Shown piece after piece: positions 11,256-23,358 of a stretch of DNA of 64,000 nucleotides. Each line of letters begins with the position of its first letter. Position 1 is the first letter of the stretch. A program made the position numbers and the translations under genes. The notes under the pieces were generated by a model. That model made no database searches. It was not told the origin of the DNA and saw nothing but the letters and a program-made list of their open reading frames with translations. This DNA is from Macrostomum lignano (taxonomy: Eukaryota): NCBI GenBank assembly GCA_002269645.1, contig NIVC01001515.1, positions 1-64,000 on the forward strand. The letters are read 5' to 3'.

Positions 11256-12279
11256 TTTATGGCTTATGTATTGTTAAAATGAGTCTAAAAGACTAATCGA
11301 GTGTCGAGTCCAAAAGCAACCGGAAATTCAGTCGATAATCAACTTCCTTAATTTCGATTCAAAAGTAGCAGTACTTCTCCTTTTAGCCTAAAAATCACAA
11401 AAAGATAGTATGCTCGGGTATACGATAGAGAAGCGAAGGACTCTTTAGTTCCCTTAATAAATCATAGACATAAAGACTCCCCGGTATGGGAAGCTCAAAA
11501 AATCCCTTGAGAATGTCAAAAAAGCTCGGGACGAGTCGAAGGAGTGCCTCCCTGCCAAAACCTCCTGGGACTGCACATACAGCAAAACCCCCGCCTCTGG
11601 GTCAGGCCCGAGGGGCGGCTCTTCTTCAGTTCATTTCTGACAGAAGCCTGACCTAAAAAAGGACAAAAATACATATTTTAATGTTTAAAATCGCAAATAG
11701 CCCATGTTTCACATCCACATAAACAAAAAATATCTGAATTTATAATGTTCGGGCAGCTTGAAACTGCGCAGAAATAAATACATAGCAAATAAGAGTAAAT
11801 TCCAGAAAATGTAAGCCCTTTTTGGTCGCTAAGCCACTGCTGTCTGATGTAGTCAGCCAAGGATACGCTCGTAGAACTCCTTGAGTCAGTCTACGCGCAC
11901 TGGACCGAGGTTGAAACGCACGACAGCCTTCGTGACTTCGTGACTATTCTAACTACAACACTACTTGACACCTACTGGCATCGCGGTCAGACCGCAGTAC
12001 TGACCACGGTTGGCTCGGACGGCCGACCTCGGCTGCGACAGCACAGCATCAGCATAATAGCAGGGACACACAGAGGGAAGCGCAGCGCACAGCGCCGTTC
12101 TGAGCGGAGGCGCCAGAGCAACCGGTGAGGGCGACTCCGTGGCGCAGCCAGACGCCAGTCGCCTCCGGCCTCTGCTACCACAAACCTGGATCCGCCGGTT
12201 GGCGCCGGGGACCAAGACCCCCAGCTGTACCAGGTGGCCGCCTGAGGCTCTGCAATCTGAACTGCCGGGCCCTAATGGC

Positions 12280-13335
12280 CCACTGTTGGTGGTGCTGCTC
12301 GGGGACCTAGATGCAGTTACGCGGACATGGATGCGTTGGAGCACCTGCTCGACCGGCTGGACCTGGTGTCCGCTAACACTCAGTTACACAAGCCTCCCTC
12401 GCGCCTGGTCACCTTTGCGGGCTGCAAGAGGAGGCGCACAATGCACGCGAGCGGAACACAACGAAGTGGTTAGCGCAACTCGATCACGCGCTGGTCCCGA
12501 CTCGCCGCGTCGTTTACTGCGACACCGTCCAGCTCCAGATTGACAAGCTAGTCAAAGTGGCTCCCATCGCCGGCCTTGTGGTCAAAACGCTTAAAGACCA
12601 AGGTGCTCACCGTGCTGACTGACATCCCCAGTGGACCTGACATGACATGCCGCGGCGCAGACGGGTGGAAGACCCTACTCCTTCGGATTCGCCTGGCCGG
12701 CCTATCGATCCATCCGGATCGTCCTTCAGTCAGAAGCGCTGGCCAACCGCCAGAGGGCTCGGTTCTGGCAGGCGGTAGTCGACACCATCCTATTTTACAA
12801 TGCCGAGACGTGGACGCTGACGGCCATGCTGAAGCGGCAGCTGGACTCGGCGGCTGCTCCGCGAAGCCTTTTGCCCCCAGCCTCTGCAGGACAGGCTGCT
12901 GCTCCAAGCCTCTGCAGGACAGGCTGCTGCCCCAAGCCTCTGCAGGACAGGCTGCTGCCCCAAGCCTCTGCAGGACAGGCTGCTGCCCCAAGCCTCTGCA
13001 GGACAGGCTGCTGCCCCAAGCCTCTGCAGGACAGGCTGCTGCCCCAAGCCTCTGCAGGACAGGCTGCTGCCCCAAGCCTCTGCAGGACAGGCTGCTGCCC
13101 CAAGCCTCTGCAGGACAGGCTGCTGCCCCAAGCCTCTGCAGGACAGGCTGCTGCCCCAAGCCTCTGCAGGACAGGCTGCTGCCCCAAGCCTCTGCAGGAC
13201 AGGCTGCTGCCCCAAGCCTCTGCAGGACAGGCTGCTGCCCCAAGCCTCTGCAGGACAGGCTGCTGCTCATATTGCAGGACAGGCACATTTAGGCGGGGCA
13301 AGGCCGGCATCCGTCGATACTCTACTCTTCTGGAT
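12280..13335 (+). mobile_element. Internally deleted RTE-like relic (APE remnant joined to the post-RT C-terminus)
   Basis: LLVVLLGDLDA, LDLVSANT and LDHALV (APE-like) are followed by VLQSEALANRQRARFWQAVVDTILFYNAETWTLTAMLKRQLDSA. No RT core is visible. Homologous to 1-430. Confidence 0.65.
12880..13285. repeat. 28-bp minisatellite (CCTCTGCAGGACAGGCTGCTGCCCCAAG), about 14 copies, inside the RTE relic
   Basis: Directly visible. It explains the repetitive ORFs at 12548-13631. Confidence 0.95.
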
Positions 13336-13943
13336 TGCGTCATTTGTTTTTTCTTCGGGTCGCGGTCATTGTCGCTAGACGTTGCCGATAGGGCCGGATG
13401 CCTAGCACCATACAGCCAGGGGGCGCGGCTGAGCAACCCCACGCGGGCGGACAGCAGACGACGGAGTCCAATTTGCGGCCTGCGGCGAGTGACCGAGTCC
13501 CGGAGCGCAGGGCTCCTCCGCAGGCGCCTTACGCTGTAAAAACCGCCGCCCGCCGCCAACCCAACGGTGAAGTCCTCAAACTGAGGTGGAAGACAGAACT
13601 CGACAGGCTGCATATCCGAATGGGAGACCAATTAGTCACCCCGTCACCGGCAGGGTGGCACAGTGCTTTTGCCTCGCTGACGGGGCGTCCAGGTGCGCGA
13701 CGTGGACGCTGGTCTCATGCCCCCGCGTCATGAGCCTCGGCGTTATGCGTATCAAAGTTTCAGCCCTGTACAACCTTTTCCATATTAGTACATGTATATT
13801 GAAGTCCGCTGTGTCCATGAAAACTATAAGTGGCGAATGAGTTCTGATCACATAAAAATGATGTGCTGCAGTTCTTTCTCTATGCTAATCGGCTGTCATT
13901 TTTTTAAACAGGAAGTTCGAACGACACCAAGAAGCTTCGCGGC

Positions 13944-16900
13944 ATGCTGCCAGCCGCGCTGATGTCAACAGCCGCGGTCCAGCGCAAGGTTAGAAAATGC
14001 TTGGTTTGCTTGCACCCAGATGGCCACGCAGGGATGAGTCTCGCTTCTTAGAAAATAATTGACTGGCTGGATTTGCGCGAGAAGATAAATCAGCTGGAAT
14101 CTTTAATTAACTTTGTAATAATTAAAAAGTCCATTCCATTTTTCATATCACGTACGAGCTGTTTTAGGTATATTAGTCAATATTTTTCAGTGACTTGGAA
14201 TGTTTTACAATGAAATCTTTAGTAATCAATTTCAGTTATTTTATCAAAAGTGACAATAATTAGAAAAAGCCGACACTACTGCAATGACACACATACATTT
14301 ACACAGCAAGTCTTGGTAAAGGAAAGATTTGAAAATATTATGGAGCTGTGTCATTTTCAGTATTGTACGAAACTTTCAAAAATGAGATCGAGGCTCAATA
14401 CATAGGTTCATAAAAATTTTCGAAGCTTTGAAACAGGTCATTCATTAATTGAATAATTTGTCTTCGCTCTGTTGCGGATACTTTTAAGCTTAGTTGATTT
14501 TTTTCTCCAGAAAATGAAAAAGTTCCTATCTCAGTCGATCCACTTAAGTCGTTCTTGGTTGCACCACTTTTGGTTGTGTGACTTTTCACTCAACTTTTCA
14601 CTCACCCTGCCAGGCTGCTCACAGATTTTCCCTAGTATCGGTCACGCGTCTGGTGACAGCCCTCCTCCTGCTGCACCTGCGGGCTCCGCTTGGCGACTGC
14701 CGGCTGCTGCACGTCGGCCTGGTGTTCCGCCACGGGCACCGGTCGCCGATCCACCCGCTGCCAAAAGACACCTACACAGTGGCCAACACTTGGCGCGACG
14801 GGCTGGGCCAGCTCACTAATATTGGCAAGCGGAACCAGTTCGAATTGGGCAAATTTATTCGCAAGCGGTACGGCGAGTTTCTCGGATCCAGGTGAGCTGG
14901 CGTTGATTGAAAGGTGCAACAATGTGTTTAGTCCGAGGTTCGATTTGACAAGTTCATTTATATATATTAGTTGGGTTCTCCAAATATGAGAATACATGCA
15001 CAATGGACGCAATAGAAAAAATACGTATACACTAGGAAGAATTTTAAACGCAGCTCTCTACCTAGAAGCAAACGCAACTCATCCAGAAAGTGCACATTCT
15101 GTCTATGGTTCAGATCGAGCTTCAGAAACGCGTATAGCCTCCTCTCGCAAGTAACAGGTCGTTGACTCGACGCGGAATTTCCAGAACAAAGCGTCGAACG
15201 CAATCCTGGGGAATTTCCTGACACTTTTCGCAGCATTCCACAGTTCAACGGCTGTCTACGGGGGATTCTACGCTCCGTTCCACACGCAGCACGCACCATT
15301 TTCAGCAGGCGTTGATCTGGCCTCGCCTGTGAACTGCAAAGTTGGTGAAGCGTGAGTCACGCTTCCAGTGGCTCTGCTCTTCTGTTGAAGACGTAAAACT
15401 GTTGAAGGTGACATGTGACCTTCGAAGTGGTTAACAACTGTCATCTGTTGAACTTTTCTCTCTGCAGGATCACTCTATCTAAATAACCGTGGCGTTTAAT
15501 TTAGTCTAACAAGCATAAATTTTGTCCATAGCGGCTCTATAAATTCACCAGTAGATTTTCTTTTAGACATGACTGTCACAAGCAGTGAGGGGGCCGTAGC
15601 CCAGTGGTCTAGCGCAGGCTCTGGTGTGCCAGCGGCCCAGGCTCGATTCCAAGTGCAGTCACATTAATTTGGGCCTGAATTGGAATCTCGGCTTGGCTCT
15701 GCTCGTGCAATTAACGGCCTTGAGAGCCAACCCCCCAAGGCGCAGTGAAGTGTACATGCCTAACGATAAATAAAGTTAGGGCCGCTGTACACTCCTGTGT
15801 GAGTGTGTGCCTGTGCGTATGACTGCGTACGTATCCGCGCGCTTGCTTGCTCAGGGGAGTCGGCGGAATGGGCAGCAATGCCTCTCGCCGGTTGTGTGCC
15901 TATGTCGCTTAAAGTGCGCCAGGGTGCACACAACCCCCCTGCCTCTAAAAAAAAGTCACAAGCAGTGAGGACGAAAGCAATGCTTCATCTGCAGTTGCTG
16001 TGAAGTAGTAATATCAGCCTAGAATTGTGGACCATATGCTAGACTGTCGAAAGAACGCAAAGGGCTTGTCATGGAAGCTTAATTTTGACCATGCTACGCT
16101 CCTAAAATAATCTTTTTGCACTTTTGACGTCACCTTGCTTAAACAAGACAGAAAAGGATTTTTAATCGCGAGTACGCGTCAATATTTTCGTCCTTGTTTT
16201 GTGAGGCTGTTTTTCTCGCTAAAATTTATGGGTTTAAGAGGTTTATCAGCAACAATTTTCATTTCGAAAATTTCGCCTTGCAAGTAGCCCCTGTAATTAG
16301 CTGATGCTCAAAGCTGCAATTTCCAGCTGTAGAAGGGTGTACAGCGCTAAACGATTGATTTTCAACAGTCTTAGTGAGGCAAATTTGAAGAACAAGACAG
16401 TTGCTGGGCTGATTGTCTGCTTTTACTTAGCATTTTGGAAAGCGTCCACTCGCTTCATCGACTGTTCAACCTGTTTTGAGAACTCTGGTTTAATACTGAT
16501 TATTGCAACGACTAATTTGACGATTTTTTTCCGTTGCACAGTGTCATGGATGCAAAGTTCAAGTTCAAGTTCAAGTTTGTCAAAACATGTTGAACATTTC
16601 AACAGGGCGTTGCCACAGGCGGTCACAATTGGATGCAAAAATGTCAATATCGCAGTAGTGCAGGCTTTCCAACACAGAAAGTATGAAGGAGGTGCAGAAT
16701 CTTCGGCTCTAGCTAATCCTAAGAGCATTTATACTGATTGTACTTAGCAATGTTCAAGCACTCAAGCAAGATGAAAGTGTTAGTAGTATAGCTATAGGGT
16801 TGAAACAACAGCGAAAGGAACAATTAAAATTCAGTTTGTCTTGAAGTGAGAGCAGCGTGGCATGGTGCGCCTCATGGCTTGAGGCTGACATCCGGGGCGC

Positions 16901-19740
16901 CGGTGGGAGCGCCGGTGGGAGCGCCGGTGGGAGCGCCGGTGGGAGCGCCGGTGGGAGCGCCGGTGGGAGCGCCGGTGGGAGCGCCGGTGGGAGCGCCGGT
17001 GCGCTGGGAGCGCCGGTGGAGCGCCGGGCGCCCACAAGGGTGTAAAGCTTACAAGTGCAAGCTTTCAATTAATGAGACTGCACAGGGAATCGAGGAATCG
17101 AACCAACAGCCGTAGCGTGAGAGTCAGGCGCGTTTACCGCTGAGCCGATCTGCCCCAAACTACTCGTCTGGCCCTTTATCAACTGCAGTCAGTTTTTAGA
17201 ATCAAAATCAATAAGGAAATGCATCGAAAAATCTGCTTCCGATTTTGCATTCATTAAGCCTTTCAGTTTTATTGGTCACTGAATAGAGAGAGTGATTTCT
17301 TATTTTTTGCTTTAACCCAATTATCCAAACCCAATAATTTAATTATATTTCTTTTTAGAAAATTAATTGCTCAGTCTATCTCTATGCAGCGCTAATTAAA
17401 GAGCGGGAAGTCTCGTTTACCTAGGATTACCTATTCTGAGTAGAGTAGGGATCCTAGCGAGCATGAATAAGCGCTATTGCCTATTTTCTTCCCTGCAAAC
17501 CAATTTAACTCTGAAAAAATAAGGTAATTTCGTAACAGGCTTTCGTAATGCATTGTCTAGATGTAGAGCTTTTTGCTACCGATTTGGTTTGGAGCTTTAC
17601 TTCGGGATCCATCCCGTTGCTTAACTTGACATCCCCATTTGCATGATTTACTTGTGCGGCATTCTGCTTAACAGCCCCAGTCTACTGCACTGACTTGCCA
17701 GGTACAACAGCAGCGAGCACCGCGTCCGATCCAGCGACATCGACCGCACGCTGATGAGCGCGCAGGCCTGCCTGGCGGGCCTGTTCCCGCCAACTGGCGA
17801 CCAGGTGTGGCAGGCGGGCCTCAGCTGGCAGCCGATTCCGGTACACACGGTGGCTAGCAGCGCGGACCCGATGCTGCTGCCCAGCGATTTCGAAGGCTGC
17901 AGACAGCGATTTGTCCAACTAACGACGGAGGCTCGTCGCAACTCGTCGGAGCGGCGACGCTTAGAAGTTGAGATGGCCGGCTTTCTGCGCCGCCTGTCGG
18001 CCGAGGCCGGCTCGGGACGCGGGTCAATTACGCTCAACAATGTCTACAAGGTAAGCCGCGGATGTTGCCATTGTTGTAGCCTTGCTTTCCGTTGTGCCCC
18101 GACATACGGTAGCTAATTGTACACCACCGTTGCCACATGGAGGCGCTGCCCGTCAGGAGCTGAGCCAGTTTCGCCCCAGCAGCGCTAATTGTATTGGCTC
18201 CAACTCATTTTTGAGTCGGAAATCTAATGAATTTGCATCACGCGTCGTCTGCATCGTCCCAGTTCCTGTTAGGGACCTTCGATTGGATCAGCAGACTTAG
18301 GGAGGCAGATTCCTTTAATTAAAGGATGCATGGCATTGTCACATGCACTTACTGTCGTAATTTTTATACGACTAGACATTAACGTTCTTCATGAACTTCT
18401 GTCATTGGTTTTTATGGCACAGTGCAGCTGTTACAGGCACCGAGTCCAGAAGTCGAAAGACACGAGAAACTTTGGGGGGGGGGTTCCAGGCCAAGATTTT
18501 TTACTTCGAGAGGTGAACTCTGGATAAGATGGGATGATGGATAGGATTGATAGACTTTATTAATCGCTCAATAAAAACTATACGGATTTGTTCATCTCCA
18601 ATAAAAGGGCCTTACATAAGCATTTATCATAATTATTAATTAATTTTAGAGAGTAACTTGCAATCTTGTCCCCCCTTCGGGGCGCCCCGTTAGCAAGGGA
18701 CGGAAATTATTTACGTGAATCCTATTTGCCTTGACTTCTTAGCAATTCCCCAGTAAGCCTTGACATCTCAGCAATTCCCCAGTAAGCCTTGACATCTCAA
18801 CGATTCCCCAGTAAGCCTTGACATCTCAGCAATCCCCCCCCAGTAAGCCTTGACATCTCAGCAATTCCCCCAGTAAGCCTTGACATCTCAGCAATCGTCC
18901 CAGTAAGCCTTGACATCTCAGCAATCCCCCCAATAAGCCTTGACATCTCAGCAATTCCCCAGTAAGCCTTGACATTTCAGCAATCATTGAGAGCATCTTG
19001 CCGCCCCACCTTGACAGGTGATTGACACTCTGATGGTGCTTCGCACAGCCAATCTCAGCCTGCCAGCCTGGGCCCTGGTGCCGGACACTCAGCTTCGCCT
19101 GCGCCAGCTCGGCCGGTTCTCCTGGTCGGAATTCGCCAGCACCGCGGAGCTGCGACAAATGCGAAGCGGCGTCCTGATAGACGACCTCCTGTCCGGCATG
19201 GAGGACGCGGCCGCTGGCCGAGGCCGACGCCTGATGATCTACTCTGGCCACGATGTGACCCTGGTGCCGCTTCTAGCCGCCCTTGGCAACAAGGACTACT
19301 CGGTGTGGCCGAACTACGCCGCCTGCCTGATGTTCGAGCTGCACGCAACTGCAGCCGGGAACGGCTCGCTGGCCGAGGTGAAAATCTTCTACAGGAATGA
19401 CAGCCAGGCGGAGCCGCTGCCCATCCGGGTCCCCGGCTGCGGCTCCGGCCTTGCCTGTCCGCTGCACCGACTGGCTGCGCTGCTGGCCGGCTGCCGCCTC
19501 AGCCCCGGCCAGTTCCGCAGCCTCTGCCTCGGCGACTCGGGACACGATGGCACTGGCCAAGCCGTGTCCTTGGACTCAACTATTACTAGAATTCTCATTG
19601 CCGTAGCCGTGGCGCTGCCATCAGTCATCCTGCTGCTAGCTGCTGTTCATTTTTTCTGGCTGCGCAGCTGGCTTGGCAGACGGCGCGATGAGTCACCGAC
19701 AGTGGCCTATCACAGCCTGCTGAGCGAGGTCGAAAACTAG
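13944..19740 (+). CDS. ACP2: Lysosomal/prostatic-type histidine acid phosphatase (ACP2/ACPP-like), 4 coding exons, about 464 aa
   Basis: Exons 13944-13988 (less certain), 14614-14891, 17702-18050 and 19018-19740, with GT-AG introns of consistent phase. Catalytic [20 protein letters not shown] and YSGHD motifs, a C-terminal TM helix and a YHSL tail. Orthology to ACP2 versus ACPP is not resolved. Confidence 0.88.
15591..15954 (+). mobile_element. tRNA-derived SINE with poly(A) tail and 16-bp TSD (in phosphatase intron 2)
   Basis: TSD GTCACAAGCAGTGAGG at 15575-15590 and 15955-15970. Head GGGCCGTAGCCCAGTGGTCTAGCG (A box), GGCTCGATTCC (B-box-like) and an A8 tail. Confidence 0.88.
16890..17156 (-). 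mobile_element. Related tRNA-derived SINE head on the minus strand with an internal 12-bp repeat; 3' end undefined
   Basis: Minus strand reads GGGGCAGATCGGCTCAGCGGTAAACGCG...GGTTCGATTCC followed by GTGCAGTCTCATTAATT, which is shared with the SINE at 15591. No TSD found. Confidence 0.65.
16896..17030. repeat. 12-bp tandem repeat (GCCGGTGGGAGC)n
   Basis: Directly visible. Confidence 0.9.
18740..18985. repeat. ~29-31-bp minisatellite (CAGTAAGCCTTGACATCTCAGCAATTCCC), about 8 copies, in phosphatase intron 3
   Basis: Directly visible. Confidence 0.9.
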
Positions 19741-22700
19741 CTGGTTGTACATGTAGTTAGGCTAATACACACACCGCAATACTGGTTATTACAGAATCTG
19801 TAATCTGTAGGTTGCGGTCAAATAGTTTCTTTGCAATCTATTTAATTTGATTAGCCATTTGCCGGATAACTCTGACAATAAAGCCTGCTAAGGATGAAAA
19901 TCGCAGTCCATCGTATTGTAAATTTAGGAATCCAGCGCAGATTACGATCACGATCGAACTATTAGTGAGTATACAGGGGCTGAGAATTCGAAGCTTTTAT
20001 TCTAATAGAAAGCGTCAGTCAGAATTAGAGTCTAGTTTCAGAGAAAACTCCCCTCTCTACCCCAAGTCTGGAATTTTCCATAGCAGACCGACAGAATCCG
20101 GGGCTCCGGAGTCGAGGCCACAGTTCAGAGCAAAAGGTACAAATACCGTAGAGTAGCATCTTGCAGAGGTAGCTTTATGAGTCGCTGAAACATCACTAGC
20201 TCGTATATTAGGCTTTTTGACAGTGCTCGAAAGGGACGGCCTAAGATTAGTCGGAGCGGGATTCGAGCATTGTCCCCATCGAAACACCCCGTAATTAAGG
20301 AGTACATGTACTACTACACTCTAGCGACACTTTAAGCCGCAGGCTACGGAGAAAGTTTCTTATCTATACTGTTGTTGTTGCAGCGTCTTGTCTCGAACTG
20401 CAGTCTGGATTTTAGTGTTGAAAGACCATTTTTAGTATACGGATTCTGTGCCTTCTTGCGCCAGGAAATTTTAGCGCTCGCTGGAGTATTTTAGTGGGCT
20501 GCCTGCAAACTTTATGGGTGAATAATTATACATACACATTTAGAATTATTTGGACTTTCAATAAATTTTCATGACTTCAGTTAGAAATATCCTCGCTTTG
20601 GCAACTAACGGTAGAAAAAGAGTTCATTTGACAGACTTGTGTTGGAAAATATGAATAAAGCGTATTTTTAGCTTCAATTTTCACTTTTAGTATACAGGAC
20701 TAACACTATTACCATCTGCTTAATTGTATTAGCTGAATAAAATTATTTCGATGAAAGCCCTCTGTCAGCTTCTCTGTAGTCTCATTATTCGCATTTAACG
20801 GTGCGCGCGTGGCTATATCGTGTTCTTAGAAAAATAAAAGGTATCTAGCTTATATTTTAGACATTGTTTGTTCCAATTCATCAATTTTATGACTTGGAAG
20901 TGGTGTCTTGTGAGTAATTTACTCTCTAAACTAGAACGGTCTTCCTGATCCTGTTTTATTTTTTAGTGCATAGAGACGACTAGGCTAAATTTGTTTTCTT
21001 GGTTATGGCAGATCCGGCTATGTTGCTAATTTTAAATCAAGAACCACTCAATACTAGGGACGTGAATAAGCTTCTATCTTCTTAGTGCTTTCCATTAAGG
21101 TGACAGTGAATTTGTGTCTGTGGTAAAAAACCTATTCAAGCAATGCTTTTTCGAGGACTGAGTTATTAATAGATCAACCTCCAACTTTTGTCGTTTCCTG
21201 TCCCTAGTGTTGAGCAAAGTCTGTTTGAAGCAGATAGTGACGGCTCGCTACGTTGATTTACTAAAAGCATACTAGGCGACATCAACACATGTACTATTGA
21301 GTAATTGCAAACTCTCACCGAAAAAATCTCACTTTCAAACTCTCCCAAGCCTAGCTATAGCGGTCCGTTCCGTTTACTTTACACTAAAAGCAGGATTTTC
21401 TGGGTAAATATTTTTACCTAAATGATTATTTGCGTTATTAAAATTTCGTTACAATGCTATTCAATAAAGGGCTCTTTCCTAGTTTAAATGCTCTTTCAAT
21501 GTGGGATTAACCAACAAGCAAATTATGAGCATACAGTATACCAATTAAAATTTATATGCGAATACATGTACAAGAATGTTAACAATACCGGTAGCATCAG
21601 TGAGAACAATGGACTACAGTAATAATCTGTATATTCTAACAATATCTCCGTGAGAATTCTAGAATATTGGAAACTAAACTAACAGTTTCATCTTCATTGT
21701 TCGTACATAAACATGGCTATGTATGGCTACGCAAGATTCGGCTTATAGGAGCTTCTGCAGCCTTCTTCTTGCAGCAGTGCGCTCCTTTTCTCCGCTAAAC
21801 CTGCGCATTCTCAGCCTGCACCAATGATGCCGACGAACCCATGAGTACAGTCTCATGGTAGGTAGTTGCAGACTATTTAACATGTTCTTCACAGCAGGGT
21901 AGACTAACTCCAGAAATGCTTATATCAGGATGCATGCCATCACGTCAGTGCAGCAGCGAGTTGCAGACGTCTCGTAGCGAAATAAAGCTCCACTTCATCA
22001 AATACAGCGATGCTGATTCCCAACGGCTGACATGACATGAAAGGTTAAAGCTGTGTCAGACTTCGGACAGCAACTGACTTTTCCACGCACTGCAGTTAAA
22101 GGTCGTGACTGTTCGCAGCGTGTAGCCACCAATGTACACAGCATGACTTCTTCCACTTCGATCCGATCCATTGCAACGGGGCAAGCCACGTCTGGGCCAT
22201 CCAATCTTTGAAAAGATTCCTGACTCAGCGCTACATCGCCATCGCATTCGCAGGTTTCGCTGGCGCTTAGTTGTTCGGCGATCCCCGACGGCGCCGGCAG
22301 AGTGCAATGCAGCAGTTCCGGTTTTTCGTTGAAACCGTTACGAATTGTAGCAAAACTGCAGTTCTAGAAGTAATAGTATGCTATACTGTGTTAACACTAG
22401 TACGCTCGTATATGCTATATCCATAGATATGTGCTGGATATTCTCTCACTTACGTCAACATGTTCTTGGGTCAGACATCTCAGACAGACATAGCTGACAT
22501 TTTTGTTACCAATTAAGCTCGCTATCAACTGTTTCGCAGAGGCGGATCGACAGCAGCCAGCCTCCTTAAATGGCATACGAGTCTAGTTTGCATTCCTTGT
22601 GAAGCTCACGAGATGGAATTTCCAGCTGATAACTAAACTTGCAGCTATGTTGAGGCGCTGAAGCGTTTTATGGAGAGAAACCGCATAAAAATCCTTGTCT

Positions 22701-22924
22701 CTAGCTATGCTACGCGTTCAGAAAAACACACATCTGTAAATTGTATCCTGTTTGGAAAAATCGCATTTGATTCGAGCCCCGGGTAGCGGATCTATTAGCC
22801 CTTGAAAATAGGCAGAAATGAGCTGCGCATGCAGACAAATGAAGACCTTAGATAACATCTTCCGAATCGGATCACACCAGGTACAGATGCTGTCTCTCTT
22901 TTAAAGCAACTTCTGCCTATTTTC

Positions 22925-23358
<434 letters not shown>

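Noticed and set aside
11590-11665. GGTCAGGC/GCCTGACC pairing with a pseudoknot-like layout
   Set aside because: L3 and P1.1 requirements of an HDV fold are not met on either strand.
15185-15352. Open frame containing SVERNPGE (2A-like) ending at a GTGAGT donor
   Set aside because: It lacks the D and terminal P of DxExNPGP, and its phase does not fit the phosphatase intron.
16304-16747. Opposing 100-147 aa ORFs in phosphatase intron 2
   Set aside because: No recognisable motif or convincing splice signals.
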